Assembly: GCA_965205675.1 (NCBI GenBank)
Contig: OZ242186.1
Coordinates: 1,728,001 to 1,792,000 of the forward strand
Length of the DNA: 64,000 nucleotides
From: Nitrosopumilus sp.
GTDB lineage: Archaea; Thermoproteota; Nitrososphaeria; Nitrososphaerales; Nitrosopumilaceae
Direction of reading: 5' to 3'
Shown: in pieces, positions 62,261 through 64,000 of the stretch
Position numbering within the stretch: the first letter of the stretch is position 1
Layout of the letters: the number at the start of each line of letters is the position of its first letter
Position numbers and translations under genes: made by a program
Notes under the pieces: model-generated
The model's input: only the letters and a program-made list of their open reading frames with translations
Told to the model about the DNA's origin: nothing
The model's database searches: none

Positions 62261-63319
62261 ATGGATAATATTACAATTGATTCATCACTTAGAACTGTAG
62301 AATGGAAAAACAACAAAGTGATAATGATTGAACAGACCAAATTGCCAAATAAGCTGGTATTTGTAGAATATGATGATTTTAACCAAGTTGCAAATGCAAT
62401 CAAAACTCTGATTGTTAGAGGCGCACCTGCAATTGGAGTCTCTGGAGCGTTTGGATTGGCTTTAGCTGCCTTACAAAGTAAAGCAACATCAAAAGAAGAA
62501 TTATTTTCTGATTTAGAAGATGCAAAAAAAATTCTTTTTGCAACAAGACCAACAGCAATAAACTTGGGATGGGGATTAGAAAAAATCATGAATGTTGCAA
62601 AGACTGGAAACACAGTTGAACAAATTAGAGAACTAATAATTTCTACTGCAAAAAAGATGGCAGATGAAGATATTGAAATAAACAAAGCTATAGGAAAGAA
62701 TGGTTCTATTCTTTTTGATGATAATGACACTATAATGACTCATTGTAATGCTGGTGCGTTAGCTACAGTTGCATATGGAACAGCACTTGGTGTAATAAGA
62801 GCAACAAGAGAGAGTGGAAAAAATATTAAAGTTATAGCAACAGAAACTAGACCAATTCAACAAGGTTCCAGATTGACAGCATTTGAACTAAAACATGATG
62901 GTTTTGATGTTAGTCTAATTCCGGACACTGCTGTAGGATATTCTATGGCAAACGGATTAGTGAATAAGATAGTGGTTGGGGCAGATAGAATTGTGAAAAC
63001 TGGTCATGTGTTTAATAAAATTGGAACATATCAAGTAGCTATGATGGCCAAACAACATGGAATTCCATTTTATGTTGCAGCACCATTATCCACAATTGAT
63101 ATAAAAACAAAAGCTGAAGATGTGGTTATTGAGATGCGTAAAGGATCTGAAGTTACAGGTATTGGAGAGAGAAAGACGGCTCCTGATGATATTGATGTGA
63201 TTAACCCTGCCTTTGATATGACTCCTCCAGAGCTAATTTCTGGGATTATAACTGAAAAAGGTGTTACTATAGCACCTTATGAAGAATCAATTCTAAAATT
63301 ATTTGAAGCTAATAATTAG
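62261..63319 (+). CDS. mtnA: S-methyl-5-thioribose-1-phosphate isomerase
   Basis: VRGAPAIG, TRPTAINL, THCNAGALAT, ETRP.QQGSRLT, NPAFD. Confidence 0.95.
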   Translation: MDNITIDSSLRTVEWKNNKVIMIEQTKLPNKLVFVEYDDFNQVANAIKTLIVRGAPAIGVSGAFGLALAALQSKATSKEELFSDLEDAKKILFATRPTAINLGWGLEKIMNVAKTGNTVEQIRELIISTAKKMADEDIEINKAIGKNGSILFDDNDTIMTHCNAGALATVAYGTALGVIRATRESGKNIKVIATETRPIQQGSRLTAFELKHDGFDVSLIPDTAVGYSMANGLVNKIVVGADRIVKTGHVFNKIGTYQVAMMAKQHGIPFYVAAPLSTIDIKTKAEDVVIEMRKGSEVTGIGERKTAPDDIDVINPAFDMTPPELISGIITEKGVTIAPYEESILKLFEANN

Positions 63320-63355
63320 AAAGTTTTTATTGTTTTTCAAACTGTCATTTACAAT

Positions 63356-63994
63356 ATGAGTACTGTTTCTGCACAAGCAATTGAAGAATCTCTTAAACAA
63401 TGCATGGATCCTGAAGTTCCACTAAATATTGTAGAAATGGGGTTAATTTATGGAATTAATGTTACTGAAAATAATGATGTTAATATCAAAATGACCATGA
63501 CTACACAAGGTTGTCCATTACATGAAACTCTAGTTGAGGATGCAACAAGATTTGCTAAAAAAGTTCCTGGAGTAAATAATGTGAAAATAGATATTGTATG
63601 GGAACCTGTGTGGTCCATGGATAAGATGACTGAAGAGGGTAAATTAAAAATCAAGAATATGGGTGCTACTATGAATACGCCTGCACCAGTTAATTATGAA
63701 ACCACACTACCTCAAGGCGTTGGAAAACTAGTACAACAAGAAGATGGTTCAATGGTACTTGCAAATGAACATGAACAAGGATTTATGGTTAATCAAGCAA
63801 TTGTTGATTTCTGGAAATCGTGTAATGGTCAACGTAAAATTACAGATCTAGTTGAAGTGTTTGCCCAACAAACGGGATTACAAAGAAAACAAATTGAAAA
63901 AGAAGTAATGCAACTATTACAACAATTACGTGATGCTGGATTAATTGCAATTGCAGGTCAATCTGATACCCCAAATGTAGAATTTAAAAAATAA
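63356..63994 (+). CDS. DUF59 Fe-S assembly domain fused to a PqqD-like domain
   Basis: DPEVPLNIVEMGL, TTQGCP, VWEPVWS; C-terminal VNQAIVDFWKSCNGQRKI...LLQQLRDAGLI. Confidence 0.82.
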   Translation: MSTVSAQAIEESLKQCMDPEVPLNIVEMGLIYGINVTENNDVNIKMTMTTQGCPLHETLVEDATRFAKKVPGVNNVKIDIVWEPVWSMDKMTEEGKLKIKNMGATMNTPAPVNYETTLPQGVGKLVQQEDGSMVLANEHEQGFMVNQAIVDFWKSCNGQRKITDLVEVFAQQTGLQRKQIEKEVMQLLQQLRDAGLIAIAGQSDTPNVEFKK

Positions 63995-64000
63995 TTTTAA

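Noticed and set aside
62224-62730. 168-aa minus-strand ORF
   Set aside because: Antisense to mtnA; the other short overlapping ORFs in the track were rejected for the same reason

Overview
Low-GC archaeal chromosome segment from a Nitrosopumilus-like ammonia-oxidising archaeon (Thaumarchaeota/Nitrososphaerota). The assignment rests on CFI-box-CTERM and PEFG-CTERM surface proteins, SlaA-like S-layer paralogues and the archaeal information-processing genes. The backbone is housekeeping: mdh, larB, rpl30e-nusA-rps12-rps7, leuS-alaS, argH, sdhACDB, prpB, alba, hisS, aIF6, two ferredoxins, rfcS, gins-mcm-hel308, ilvE, fpr, mtnA and three tRNAs. Between these lie many decayed and nested IS elements (ISH3, IS5, IS6, IS481, IS110, an IS982/IS5-like element), a 136-bp TA-targeting MITE in four copies, and several pseudogenes, consistent with a host-associated or bottlenecked lineage. 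Best leads: (1) an IS110 whose 3' non-coding region folds like a bridge RNA and carries an 11-nt match to its own insertion flank; (2) seven GATC sites in 97 bp ahead of the gins-mcm-hel308 operon; (3) a lone 38-bp duplication around a 32-bp foreign insert in a dead transposase, resembling ectopic Cas1-Cas2 spacer integration; (4) an apparent AUA start for MCM; (5) a tandem palindromic operator at padR/sdh; (6) an unannotated 31-aa ORF. All family assignments are from recognised motifs and memory; no database search was run.
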